A stretch of 64,000 nucleotides of DNA. Source: Thermoanaerobaculia bacterium (GTDB lineage: Bacteria > Acidobacteriota > Thermoanaerobaculia > Multivoradales > JAHEKO01). The position numbers and the translations under genes are program-made. The notes under the pieces are model-generated. The model worked only from the letters and a program-made list of their open reading frames with translations, ran no database searches and was not told where the DNA came from. The stretch lies in contig CAMYOG010000017.1 in NCBI GenBank assembly GCA_947259925.1, forward strand, positions 441 through 64,440, given 5' to 3'. Positions 9,342 through 19,050 of this stretch are shown here, in pieces. Each line of letters begins with the position of its first letter. Position 1 is the stretch's first letter.

Positions 9342-10072
9342 GGGCTGGCGCCTTCCGCTCCTTTCTTCTTCTTCTTCTTGAGCGGCTCGTACTGATCGTT
9401 CTCGTAGGCCAGGCAGCACAGGAGGCGGCCGCACTGACCGGAGATCTTGGAGGGGTTCAGGCTCAGGTTCTGACGCTTCGCCATCTGAATCGAGATCGGT
9501 TTGAAGTCCTTGAGCCAGGTGGAGCAACAGAGGGTCCGACCACAGACGCCGATTCCGCCCAGCAGGCCGGCTTCGTCGCGCGCGCCGACCTGCACCATCT
9601 TGACCTTGGCCGAGAAGCGCTTCGACAGGTCGCGGACCAGCCGTCTGAAATCGACCCGCGACTCGGCGGTGAAGTAGAAACGTGCATGTCGGCTATCGAG
9701 CGAGAAGTCGACGCGGGCGACCTTCATCTCCAGGCCGAGCTCTCCAGCCCGTTTGCGGCAATAGAGCTTGGCTTGCTCCTGATTGCGAATCTGCCGGTCG
9801 TGAGCGTCGGTGTCCTGGCCGGTGGCAACCCTGAGTATGCGGCTCGCGCTCGACTTCTGACACGGCTTGAAAACCGACATCGGCGACTGCTCGACCCGTC
9901 CGAACGCCGGGCCCGAGTCGAGGTCGACGACGACCGGGTCACCCTTGGTGAAAATCTGACCCCCCGAGGCGCAGAGAGTCAGGTTGGTCTCCTCGGCGAA
10001 GCGTACGCCGACAAAATTGTCCTCCACTGCGGTCGACATGCCTTTGTATTCGCACCCATGGCATCCGCTCAT
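9338..10072 (-). CDS. PSP1-domain / RicT (YaaT) family protein
   Basis: FYFTAESRVDFRRLVRDL, GGIGVCGRTLCCSTWL, KISGQCGRLLCCLAYE. Confidence 0.92.
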   Translation of the reverse strand: MSGCHGCEYKGMSTAVEDNFVGVRFAEETNLTLCASGGQIFTKGDPVVVDLDSGPAFGRVEQSPMSVFKPCQKSSASRILRVATGQDTDAHDRQIRNQEQAKLYCRKRAGELGLEMKVARVDFSLDSRHARFYFTAESRVDFRRLVRDLSKRFSAKVKMVQVGARDEAGLLGGIGVCGRTLCCSTWLKDFKPISIQMAKRQNLSLNPSKISGQCGRLLCCLAYENDQYEPLKKKKKKGAEGASP

Positions 10073-10207
10073 GTGCAGTGAACCTCATATCTTCGAACGG
10101 AATCTCGAGGAGTCCGTCTCTTTCCGTTGTACAAACGTTCCGGGAGCGGCCCGGATTCCCATCGCCGGTTAGTAACTTACGAGTTAGACCCCGAAGCGAT
10201 GGCCTAA

Positions 10208-11476
10208 CTATAACAAAACACGGCGGCCTATGTCCGTTCGCATCGCCTTGTGCGGCCAGTCGATCCTGGCCGCGGCGGCGTAGGCGAGGTCGAGCGCCGC
10301 GCCCAGATCGTCGCCCCGCGCGCAGACGTTCAGGACCCGGCCGCTCGCGGCGATGATCTTGCCGTCCTCGGCCTTGGTGCCGGCATGGAAGATCTCGACC
10401 CCGTCCATCGCCTGGGCTTCCTCGAGGCCTTCGATCGAATCTCCGGCGATCGGCTTGCCCGGGTAGCCCTCGTTGGCGATCACCAGGCACGCGGAAGCGC
10501 CGGGATGGAAGCCCAGGCGATCGACCTCGAAGGCGCCGGCGGCGCCGGCGGCCAGGACCGGCAGGAGATCGTCGTCGAGGCGCAGGAGGAGCGCCTGGGC
10601 CTCCGGATCGCCCAGCCGGGCGTTGTACTCCAGGACCTTGGGGCCGTCCTCGGTCAGCATGAGGCCGAGATAGAGCACGCCCTGGAACTTCCGGTTCTCG
10701 GCCGACATCGCCTCGAGGGTCGCCCGCCCGAGGTTCTCGTGCAGCGCGGCCGCCTGGTCTTCCGAGATCACGCCGGACGGGCTGTGCGCGCCCATGCCAC
10801 CGGTGTTCGGACCCTGGTCACCGTCGCCGATCCGCTTGTAGTCCTTGCTGGTCGCGAGCGGCAAGAGGTGCGTCCCGTCGCTGAGGCCGATCAGTGAGAT
10901 CTCCTCGCCCTCGAGCCGCTGCTCGACCACCACCCGGCGGGCGCTCGAGCCGAACCGCCCCCCCTCGAAGAAGAGCGCGATCGCCTGCTCGAGCTCGTCC
11001 TCGTCGGACGGGATGATGACGCCCTTGCCGGCGGCCAGGCCGTCGACCTTGAGCACGTACTCGCCGTCGAACTTCTTGACCGCACGCCGCACCTCTTCGG
11101 CGTCGTGGGTGATCTCGAACTCGGCGGTCGGTATGCCGTGCCGCTCCATGAACTGCTTGGCGAAGACCTTGCTGCCCTCGATCTCGGCGGCTTGCTGACG
11201 CGGCCCGAAGACGTTGAGGCCGCGGAGCCGGAACTCGTCGACGATGCCGAGGGTGAGCGCCAGCTCCGGACCGACCACGGTCAGATCGATCTTGAGCGAA
11301 GTCGCGAAGTCGGCCAGCTCGTGGACCTCGTCGGCGGCGATCGGTACCGAGTCGGCGAGGAGCGATGTGCCCGGATTGCCCGGGGCGCAGTAGAGCTCGT
11401 CGAGCAGCGGGCTCTGGCTGAGCTTCCAGCAGATAGCGTGCTCGCGCCCACCGCTTCCGATGACCAGTACCTTCAT
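10208..11476 (-). CDS. purD: Phosphoribosylamine--glycine ligase
   Basis: GSGGREHA, GLAAGKGV, GPNTGGMGA, EYNARLGDPE. Confidence 0.98.
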   Translation of the reverse strand: MKVLVIGSGGREHAICWKLSQSPLLDELYCAPGNPGTSLLADSVPIAADEVHELADFATSLKIDLTVVGPELALTLGIVDEFRLRGLNVFGPRQQAAEIEGSKVFAKQFMERHGIPTAEFEITHDAEEVRRAVKKFDGEYVLKVDGLAAGKGVIIPSDEDELEQAIALFFEGGRFGSSARRVVVEQRLEGEEISLIGLSDGTHLLPLATSKDYKRIGDGDQGPNTGGMGAHSPSGVISEDQAAALHENLGRATLEAMSAENRKFQGVLYLGLMLTEDGPKVLEYNARLGDPEAQALLLRLDDDLLPVLAAGAAGAFEVDRLGFHPGASACLVIANEGYPGKPIAGDSIEGLEEAQAMDGVEIFHAGTKAEDGKIIAASGRVLNVCARGDDLGAALDLAYAAAARIDWPHKAMRTDIGRRVLL

Positions 11477-12331
11477 CTAACCTCCCGCCGACAGTTCCCT
11501 GACGGCCTGTTCGACTTCGTCGATCACGTAGTCCGGAGTCGACGCCCCGGCGGTGACCCCTACGACCCGCACACTGGCGAACCAGTCGTCTCGCAGGTCG
11601 GCGGGGCCCTGAATCAGATAGCTCGGCTTCGACTCCCTGCAGATCTCCCACAGGTGGCGCGTGTTGGCGCTCTGCTTGCCGCCGATCACCAGGATTAGAT
11701 CGACCTCGGGGTCGACGCTCAGCTCGCGGGCGGCGTCCTGGTTCTCCTTGGTCGCGTAGCAGATCGTGTCGGCGTCCGAGACCTCGGTCCGAGACTCGAG
11801 GTAGCGGACGACGTCCTCGTATTCCTCTGCATTGAGGGTCGTCTGGTAGAGCACCTTGACCAGCGGATACTCCGTCCAGTCGATCGCCTCCGCTTCGGCG
11901 ACGGTGGTCAACACGTGGTAGCTCGCGGGGTCGCGGTCGCGCGTGTAGCCGATCACCTCTCGGTGCTCGGGCGAGCCGATGAAGACCAGGTGCGCGCCCG
12001 CGGCGGCGGCGCGGTCCGCCTCTTCGTGGACGTCGTAGACGAACGGACAGGTGGTGTCGAGGATCTTCAGTCCCCGCTCCCGCGCCCAGGCGTGGAACGA
12101 AGGTGGGACACCGTGGGCGGAGAAGATGAGTGTGCCGTCGGGAGCCTGTTCGAGCTCGTGCACGGTCGGGACGCCGAGCTCCTCCATCTCCTCCACCACC
12201 CGCTCGTTGTGGACGATCTGGCCGAGAATCAGCCCGTCGCGGCCGCCCTGACGGGCGAACGCCTTGACCTTCTGATCGGCGACGCGCACACCTGCACAAA
12301 AGCCGTACTTCTCGGCTCGTCGGACCTCCAT
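11477..12331 (-). CDS. ispH: 4-hydroxy-3-methylbut-2-enyl diphosphate reductase
   Basis: GFCAGV, SAHG, DTTCPFV, TICYAT, SANT, GVTAGASTP. Confidence 0.96.
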   Translation of the reverse strand: MEVRRAEKYGFCAGVRVADQKVKAFARQGGRDGLILGQIVHNERVVEEMEELGVPTVHELEQAPDGTLIFSAHGVPPSFHAWARERGLKILDTTCPFVYDVHEEADRAAAAGAHLVFIGSPEHREVIGYTRDRDPASYHVLTTVAEAEAIDWTEYPLVKVLYQTTLNAEEYEDVVRYLESRTEVSDADTICYATKENQDAARELSVDPEVDLILVIGGKQSANTRHLWEICRESKPSYLIQGPADLRDDWFASVRVVGVTAGASTPDYVIDEVEQAVRELSAGG

Positions 12332-12374
12332 ACGAACGCCCGGGAGTCTACCAAGCACCGGACAGGAAGAGGGC

Positions 12375-12509
12375 AAGCGGTGACAGGATACCTATCTCAC
12401 CCAACGGCGGCAGAAGCGGTGACAGGATACCCATCTCCCCCACGGAAGCTTGGAAAGACAGTCCTTGACGGGCCTTCCGCCCGTGGTGAGATGAGTATCC
12501 TGTCACCGG
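12375..12509. repeat. REP-like cluster: three copies of CGGTGACAGGATAC..ATCTC (two direct, one inverted)
   Basis: Copies at 12375-12398, 12414-12437 and inverted 12488-12509; same motif at 45835-45969. Confidence 0.88.
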
Positions 12510-13675
12510 ATCTCCCACCGGATCTCCCAGGGGTCCGAGAACCTGGGGTCGGTCAGGAAGTCGCGATCGGTCAGGCTGCGCAGGAAGGCGATCAGATCGG
12601 CCTTCTCTCGCTCGGTGATCTCGAAGCCGGCGACCAGCTCGCTCTTGTAGGGGTGGTCCGTGCCCTGGCGGCCGCCGGCCGCGTAGTGCTCGACCACCTC
12701 GCCGAGCGTATGGAGTGAGCCGTCGTGCATGTAGGGCGCGGTCACTTCGATGTTGCGGAGCGACGGCGGCCGGAACCGCCCCATGTCCTCGGGCTCGCCG
12801 GTGAACTCGAAGACGCCGCGGTTGCGCTCCGGGTAGGAGCCGGCGCCGTCGACGTTGTAGAGGCCGGTGTTGTGGAAGTCCGGCTTCACGGGCGCCGAGC
12901 CCTCGAAGGCGATCGCTCCCGAGAAGTTGAACGTGGCGTGACAGCGACCGCAGTTCGTCCGCTCCGAGAAGAAGAGCTCCATGCCGCGCCGGGCCGCGGC
13001 CGGGAAGTCGCTGTCGTCACCCCAGAAGACCAACCGGTCGTACGGTGCGTCGCCGGAGATCAGGATGCGCTCGAACGACGCGATCGCCGCGACCACATGG
13101 TCGATCGAGATCGGCTCGCTCGCGTCTGGAAAGGCGTCCGCGAACAGCCGCCGATAGAGCTCGTCCGCCGCGAGTCTCGCGATCAGCTCCTCCTCCATCC
13201 CCGTGAGGCCCAACTCCACCGGCTCGACGCCGAACATCGGCACCAGCATCTGCTCCTCGAGTCGTGTCTTCTCCGGATCCCCCCAGTTGAAGGCGCGGTT
13301 GTAGGCGACGTTGGCGAGACTCATCGAGGCACGCGGGTGGACCTCGCCGGTGGCGCCGACCGCGCGCGGCTTGCCGTCGGTGAACGACAGCTCGGGCTGG
13401 TGGCAGCTGGCGCAAGCGAAGGTCTGATTGCCCGAGAGACGCGTGTCGTAGAAGAGACGTCGGCCGAGCTCCACCTTGGCCTCGGACATCGGATTGTCCG
13501 CCGGCACCACGGGCACGGGCAGGCCGGCAGGGAGCTGCCACTCGTACGCGTCGACCGGCGCGGCGTCTTCCACGACGCTCGCCGTGCCGACCGACCGGCA
13601 GCTCACCGACAGCCCGGACGCGAGCGCCGCGACCCCGGCGATCGCGGTCCAGGCGTGGACCCGGCCGGCGAGCAT
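12503..13675 (-). CDS. MbnH-like di-heme cytochrome c peroxidase/MauG-family protein
   Basis: PADNPMSEAKVELGRRLFYD, CASCH and CGRCH heme motifs, SLRNIEVTAPYMHDG; lipoprotein-like N-terminus. Confidence 0.88.
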   Translation of the reverse strand: MLAGRVHAWTAIAGVAALASGLSVSCRSVGTASVVEDAAPVDAYEWQLPAGLPVPVVPADNPMSEAKVELGRRLFYDTRLSGNQTFACASCHQPELSFTDGKPRAVGATGEVHPRASMSLANVAYNRAFNWGDPEKTRLEEQMLVPMFGVEPVELGLTGMEEELIARLAADELYRRLFADAFPDASEPISIDHVVAAIASFERILISGDAPYDRLVFWGDDSDFPAAARRGMELFFSERTNCGRCHATFNFSGAIAFEGSAPVKPDFHNTGLYNVDGAGSYPERNRGVFEFTGEPEDMGRFRPPSLRNIEVTAPYMHDGSLHTLGEVVEHYAAGGRQGTDHPYKSELVAGFEITEREKADLIAFLRSLTDRDFLTDPRFSDPWEIRWEIR

Positions 13676-13699
13676 CCTCGGACTCCTACGGCCGCGCGT

Positions 13700-14380
13700 C
13701 TACCAGGAGCCGCCCGAAGAGTCGCCGGTCTGTGCCGCCATCTCGGCCCGCTCGGCGACCCAACCCGAGAACTCGCCGATCACGGTCGCGTCGACGCCCG
13801 CCGGGTCGCCCTGACGCGCGTCGACCCAGGCCTGCATAGCGGCCATCAGCTCGTTGGCCCGCTTGCGGTCGGTACGGAAGAGCTCCATGTACGCCTCCTT
13901 GGCGTCCTCCAGGCGGTTCAGGCCGAGGTAGGCCTCGGCGCGATACTCGATCGCCTCCGTGTAACGCGGGTTGATCTCGAGCGCCCGATTGTAGGAGGCG
14001 AGTGAGCTCTCGTAGTCGCCGGTCTTGCGCAGAACGTAGCCGAGGCTCGAGTGCGCCTGGTAGAGACCCGGGTCGTCGTCGATCGCGCTCGAGAGTGCCT
14101 TGCGCGCCTTCTCGTACTCCTTGCCGGCCTTCTTCTCGTATTTTGCCTGGTCCTTGTCGGTCTTCGCCGAGGTCGCCTTCGCCTCGTACTCCCAGGCCTT
14201 GTCGCGATACTTGAGCGCCCGGTTGTAGGCGTCCTTGGCCATCACCTTCGGATCGAGCGGTGGGCTCTCGGGCGAAGTGCTGGTGGTCGATCCACCGGCG
14301 GCGAGCGCCGCCAGCGGCAGTATCAATACGATCGCCAGGCTGGCGATGATGACTCGGTACGAACTCGTTGGGATCTGCAT
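13700..14380 (-). CDS. Secreted TPR-repeat protein
   Basis: Signal peptide; AHSSLGYVLRKTGDYESSLASYNRALEINP TPR pattern; AGGAGG RBS. Confidence 0.88.
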   Translation of the reverse strand: MQIPTSSYRVIIASLAIVLILPLAALAAGGSTTSTSPESPPLDPKVMAKDAYNRALKYRDKAWEYEAKATSAKTDKDQAKYEKKAGKEYEKARKALSSAIDDDPGLYQAHSSLGYVLRKTGDYESSLASYNRALEINPRYTEAIEYRAEAYLGLNRLEDAKEAYMELFRTDRKRANELMAAMQAWVDARQGDPAGVDATVIGEFSGWVAERAEMAAQTGDSSGGSW

Positions 14381-14539
14381 GGAACCTCCTCTGTGGATGC
14401 TGGGCTGGGATTCTAACGTCCGGCCGCCCGGCGGGGGCTTCGGAGTGTCAGGAACAGGTCAGCATCCTGTGGGTTCGGCTCCGAGCGCCGTTCGGTTCAA
14501 TCCGGGACCCGGCTCCGCGCCGACCGTAGAATCGTCGAG

Positions 14540-15226
14540 ATGAACCCACGCCGCTTTCGGCGAATCCGCTCGGTGCTCGAGCGGCGTCAGCCGGACCTGA
14601 CGGTCCTGCTGGAGAACGTCCACAAGCCGCACAACTTCTCCGCCGTCGTGCGCACCGCCGACGCGGTCGGCATCTGGGAGGCGCACGCGGTGGTGCTCGA
14701 CGGCGGCCTGCCGATGCACCATCTGGCCGCCGGCGGCTCGAAGCGCTGGGTGAACGTACGGGCACACGCGGACCTGGGCCAGGCGCTCACGGCGCTCGGC
14801 GAAGCCGATTTCCAACTGCTCGCCGCTCATCCGTCCGACGACGCGGTCGATTTTCGGGAGGTCGATTTCACCCGGCCGACCGCGGTGCTCTTCGGTCAGG
14901 AGAAGGACGGGTTGACCGAGCAGGCGCTCGCTGCGGCGCACCGCAAGATCCAGATCCCGATGGAAGGGATGGTCGCCTCGCTCAACGTCTCGGTGGCGGC
15001 GGCGCTGATCTTGTTCGAGGCGCAGCGGCAACGGCGGCTAGCGGGCCTCTACAGAGCCTCGCGTCTGGACGCCGAGCTGTTCGAGCGCACGCTCTTCGAG
15101 TGGAGCTACCCGGAGGTCGCCGAACAGTGCCGGCAGCGGGGCGCTGAGTATCCGGAGCTCGGCGACCAGGGCGAGATCGTCGGCGACCTCGCTTGGATCG
15201 CGAGTCAGGCCGAGCCGGAGCCGTAG
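14540..15226 (+). CDS. trmH: tRNA (guanosine-18 2'-O)-methyltransferase
   Basis: RRQPDLTVLLENVHKPHNFSAVVRTADA, FGQEKDG, IPMEGMVASLNVSVA. Confidence 0.95.
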   Translation: MNPRRFRRIRSVLERRQPDLTVLLENVHKPHNFSAVVRTADAVGIWEAHAVVLDGGLPMHHLAAGGSKRWVNVRAHADLGQALTALGEADFQLLAAHPSDDAVDFREVDFTRPTAVLFGQEKDGLTEQALAAAHRKIQIPMEGMVASLNVSVAAALILFEAQRQRRLAGLYRASRLDAELFERTLFEWSYPEVAEQCRQRGAEYPELGDQGEIVGDLAWIASQAEPEP

Positions 15227-15645
15227 TCGAGCACTCCCGTCTGCGAGATCATCTTCCAGCCGTCGCCGACCTTCGTGTAGACCTTGCACGTTCGGCCGCA
15301 CCAGCGGAAATCATTACCGTCGCGGTCGCGCCAGAGAGTGTCGATGTCGACCACGGCGAAGGCGCCGTCGCCCTCAGCGGAGACTTCGATCTTGTGGGTC
15401 GTTCGGATGTTGTGGATCAGCTCGTGGTTATCGAACAGGCCCTGCCACCCCTGGCGCCAGCGACCTTCGTCGTAACGGCCCCACTCGAGGACCCACTCCA
15501 TCGGGTCGTGGGCTTGCGCATGCGGCGGCCAGGGCCAGACCATGTCGGGATGGAAGATGGCGATGAGGGTGTCGAGATCCCGGGTGTCCCACGCCCGTGT
15601 CTCCCGGTCGACGATCTCCTGAATCTCTGCCTCGACGTCAGTCAT
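15205..15645 (-). CDS. SnoaL/NTF2-like (nuclear transport factor 2 fold) protein
   Basis: RAWDTRDLDTLIAIFHPD...KVGDGWKMISQT pattern. Confidence 0.78.
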   Translation of the reverse strand: MTDVEAEIQEIVDRETRAWDTRDLDTLIAIFHPDMVWPWPPHAQAHDPMEWVLEWGRYDEGRWRQGWQGLFDNHELIHNIRTTHKIEVSAEGDGAFAVVDIDTLWRDRDGNDFRWCGRTCKVYTKVGDGWKMISQTGVLDYGSGSA

Positions 15646-16415
15646 TCGGATCCTCCGACGGCCGGCTCACCGCCCACGCGGCCGACCAACAGAGTGAGAT
15701 TCCACGTTACCTCACGGGTCTCCGCCGGCGGCCAGACCTCGACGAGCTCGCGCTCGAACATCGGCACCGGATCCTCGCCCCAATCGGCGCGGTACCGTCC
15801 GGTGGCCGACCAGCTGCTCATGTAGCCGATCAGCCGCTCGAGACTCCATTCAGCCGACATTCGCAACGCCGGCGGCTCGAGCCGCTCGAACGGGAACGGA
15901 ATCGTCTCGTAGCCGCTCACGACGTGGACCCGCTCTGGTAGCCAGTAGAGACCGACGACGTCCGAGTAGAAATGATCGACCACCGCGTCGACCGCTCGAT
16001 CGATCCGCAGGAGATCGTACGTCCACGCCGCGATGACACCGCCCGGAACGAGGACTCGCTCGACCTCCGCGAAGAACCGGTCGAACGTGAGCCAGTGGAG
16101 AGCCTGTGAGATGGTCACGAGATCGATCGAATCGCTCGGCAGAGGCGCCCGCTCGGCGGCTGCAGCGGCGTAGTGGACGCATGGGTGCTCGACCCGCCGC
16201 GCCAGCTGCGCTCGACTTATGTCGGTCGCCACCACGCGCTCGAACCGCCCCGAGAGCGGCACCGCCGACTGGCCGGCGCCGGTGGCGCAGTCCCAGGCCA
16301 GCCGACGCGCCGGAGCCCGATCGGCGAGATACTCGAAAAGCTCCTCGGGATAGCCCGGCCGATGGCTGGCATACGCGTCTGCGGCGTCCCCGAACAGATC
16401 TTCATATGCACGCAT
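15642..16415 (-). CDS. Class I SAM-dependent methyltransferase
   Basis: YASHRPGYP, WDCATGAGQ, DLVTISQALHW; start reassigned to ATG 16415. Confidence 0.9.
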   Translation of the reverse strand: MRAYEDLFGDAADAYASHRPGYPEELFEYLADRAPARRLAWDCATGAGQSAVPLSGRFERVVATDISRAQLARRVEHPCVHYAAAAAERAPLPSDSIDLVTISQALHWLTFDRFFAEVERVLVPGGVIAAWTYDLLRIDRAVDAVVDHFYSDVVGLYWLPERVHVVSGYETIPFPFERLEPPALRMSAEWSLERLIGYMSSWSATGRYRADWGEDPVPMFERELVEVWPPAETREVTWNLTLLVGRVGGEPAVGGSE

Positions 16416-16417
16416 CG

Positions 16418-17566
16418 CTATACAGCTATGTACCGGCCGAGCGCCCCGAGCAGCGCCGCACCGAGCACGACCCAGGGAGTCGCGACCCGGAAGCGGAGAA
16501 TCGCGATCAAGGCGAGGGCGAGGATCAACCGTGGTCGCCAGTCGGCCAGAGTGCCGCGGCCGAGCTCGATCAGGACCGCCGCCATCAATCCGACCGCCGC
16601 GACGTTGACCGCGTCGAGAAACGCCGACAGCCAGGCCGACTTGCGTAGCCGCGGAATGAGGGGATTCAGGATCGAGACGAATACGAACGACGGCAGGAAG
16701 ATCGCCACCGTGGCGACGACCGCGCCGGGCAGCCCGGCGGTCATGTAGCCGATCACCGTCGCGGTCGCCAGCACCGGGCCGGGAGTGAGCTGCCCGAGCG
16801 CCACCACGTCGAGAAGCTCGCTCTCGGTCAGCCAACCGTGATGCTCGACCACGCTCTTCTGCAGAAACGCGATCAGGACATAGCCGCTGCCGTAGAGGAC
16901 TGCACCGATCTTGAGGAAGAGCAGGCCAAGGGTGGTGAGGGCGACCGGGCTCGCGGCCGGCGTGGCCGCGGCGGCGGCGAGCGTCGGCGTCGAGACAATC
17001 GGCGCCAAGGGCAGCAGGAGCGCGCGCTCGGCCGAGTCGCCGCGCGGCGCGGTCGCCCGCAGCCAGACCGCCCCCAGGATGCCGCCGCCGAAGAGCACCG
17101 CGATCGGATTCCAGCCGTAGAGGACCGACGACGCGGCGGCCGCGCCGATCAGCAGCAGCCGCCAGCTCTTGGCGGCCTTCCTGCCGAGCCGCCAGACCGC
17201 GGTCAGGATGATCGCCAGGACCGCCGCCTGGATACCCTCGAGAAACGGCGCGGCGCGTGGGAGCGAGCCGTACTCGACGTAGAGCCAGCCGAGGGCGCCG
17301 GTGGTCAGGGCCGCCGGCAGGATGAACGCCGCTCCAGAGGCGAGCATGCCGCGCCAACCCGCGCGGTCGAAGCCGACGTGCAGCGCCATCTCGGTCGAGT
17401 TGGGGCCGGGAATCAGATTGGTGGCGCCGACCAGATCGAGGAAACGCTGCCGGCTCATCCACCGCCGCCGTTTGACCACCTCGTCCTCCATCATGCCGAT
17501 GTGCGCGGCCGGCCCACCGAACGCGGTGAAGCCGAGCCGAACGAAGAGGGCGATCAGCTCTTTCAA
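16418..17566 (-). CDS. chrA: Chromate efflux transporter (long CHR)
   Basis: GFTAFGGPAAHI, IPGPNSTE, GQLTPGP. Confidence 0.93.
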   Translation of the reverse strand: MKELIALFVRLGFTAFGGPAAHIGMMEDEVVKRRRWMSRQRFLDLVGATNLIPGPNSTEMALHVGFDRAGWRGMLASGAAFILPAALTTGALGWLYVEYGSLPRAAPFLEGIQAAVLAIILTAVWRLGRKAAKSWRLLLIGAAAASSVLYGWNPIAVLFGGGILGAVWLRATAPRGDSAERALLLPLAPIVSTPTLAAAAATPAASPVALTTLGLLFLKIGAVLYGSGYVLIAFLQKSVVEHHGWLTESELLDVVALGQLTPGPVLATATVIGYMTAGLPGAVVATVAIFLPSFVFVSILNPLIPRLRKSAWLSAFLDAVNVAAVGLMAAVLIELGRGTLADWRPRLILALALIAILRFRVATPWVVLGAALLGALGRYIAV

Positions 17567-17577
17567 CGGCCCGCAGC

Positions 17578-18522
17578 CTACCCGCCGATGAGAGCGGCGA
17601 GGGTCGAGCTGTCGATGTTGCCGCCGCTGATCACCACCGCGGTGCGCGGGGCCACCTCGACCGCGCCGCTCAAGATCGCGGCGATACCGAGAGCGCCCGA
17701 CGGTTCGACCACCAGCTTCATCCGATAGTAGAGGAACCGCACCGCGTCGACGATCGCCTCTTCCGAGACGGTCCGCATGTCGTCGACGTACTTCCGTACG
17801 AGCTCGAAGTTGAGCTTACCGAGCGACGGCGTCCGGGTACCGTCGGCGATGGTCGGCGGGTTGTGGATCGTGTGCAGCTTGCCGGTGTGGAACGACCTGG
17901 TGGCGTCGTCCGCCAGCTCGGGCTCGATGCCGACCACGCGGCACTCGGGGCGCCGGTGCTTGCAGGCGACCGCCGAGCCGCTGATCAGGCCGCCACCACC
18001 CACGGGCACCAGGATCAGATCGAGATCGTCCACCTGGTCGAGCAGCTCCATGACCGCGGTGCCCTGGCCGGCGATGATGTGCGGATGATCGTAGGGCGGG
18101 ATGAGGGTCTGCCCGCTCTCCTCGAGCATCCGCTCCGCCAGGTCCTCGCGCTTGCTCTCGTCGGCGTCGTATTCCACCACGTGGGCGCCGTAGCCCTCGG
18201 TGGCGCGGCGCTTGACACGCGGCGCGTTGTGCGGCATGACCACGGTCGTTTCGATACCGAGCAGCCGGCCGGCGAGGGCGATCGCCTGGGCGTGATTGCC
18301 GGACGAGAAGGTCAACACGCCCTCCTGCCGCTGTCTCTCGTCGAGCTGTGAGAGGGCGTTATAGGCGCCCCGGAACTTGAAGGCGCCGACCCGCTGGAAG
18401 CTCTCGCACTTGAGGAAGACGGAGCCACCCGCCCGCTCGTCGAGCGTCCGCGAGGTGTGGATCGGGGTCAGGTTGGCGACGCCGCGCAGGCGCTCACGCG
18501 CGGCTTGGATCTCGTCGAACAC
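17578..18522 (-). CDS. PLP-dependent threonine/serine dehydratase-family enzyme
   Basis: KCESFQRVGAFKFRGA, SSGNHAQ, PVGGGGLISG, SGGNID. Confidence 0.92.
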   Translation of the reverse strand: MFDEIQAARERLRGVANLTPIHTSRTLDERAGGSVFLKCESFQRVGAFKFRGAYNALSQLDERQRQEGVLTFSSGNHAQAIALAGRLLGIETTVVMPHNAPRVKRRATEGYGAHVVEYDADESKREDLAERMLEESGQTLIPPYDHPHIIAGQGTAVMELLDQVDDLDLILVPVGGGGLISGSAVACKHRRPECRVVGIEPELADDATRSFHTGKLHTIHNPPTIADGTRTPSLGKLNFELVRKYVDDMRTVSEEAIVDAVRFLYYRMKLVVEPSGALGIAAILSGAVEVAPRTAVVISGGNIDSSTLAALIGG

Positions 18523-18993
18523 TCAGATCCGACAGGTCGCCAGGCCGCGCTTCTCCAGATACTGCTGGTGGTACTCCTCGGCCTCCCAGAACTGCGACGC
18601 AGGGGTGATCTCGGTCACGATCGGCCCGCGGAAGCGGCCGCTGGCATCGGCCGCCGCGAGCGAGGCGCGCGCCGCGGCCTCCTGCTCGGACGTGTGGAAG
18701 AAGATCCCCGAGCGGTACTGGCTGCCGACGTCGGGCCCCTGGCGATTCACCGTCGTCGGATCGTGATTGCTCCAGAAGACCTCGAGCAGGTCCTCGTAGC
18801 TGACGACGCTCGGGTCGAACTCAACCTCGACCGCCTCGGCGTGGCCGGTGGTGTCGGAGCAGACGTCCTTGTAGGTCGGATCCTCCAGCGAGCCGGCAGT
18901 GTAGCCGACTCTCGTCGACGTGACGCCCTCGAGCTGCCGGTACGCGGCTTCGACACCCCAGAAACAGCCCGCGGCGAAGGTCGCTTTTTCCAT
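18523..18993 (-). CDS. msrA: Peptide-methionine (S)-S-oxide reductase
   Basis: GCFWG, GHAEAV, QGPDVGSQYRS, AEEYHQQY. Confidence 0.97.
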   Translation of the reverse strand: MEKATFAAGCFWGVEAAYRQLEGVTSTRVGYTAGSLEDPTYKDVCSDTTGHAEAVEVEFDPSVVSYEDLLEVFWSNHDPTTVNRQGPDVGSQYRSGIFFHTSEQEAAARASLAAADASGRFRGPIVTEITPASQFWEAEEYHQQYLEKRGLATCRI

Positions 18994-19050
18994 CTCGATC
19001 TCCTCCGGCTGACGAACTCCATCGCGTTATATCACGCGTCTCGGCCGGCT

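Noticed and set aside
10080..10207. Possible ncRNA or riboswitch between purD and ricT
   Set aside because: No recognisable conserved motif or convincing structure by eye; an Rfam scan would be needed.
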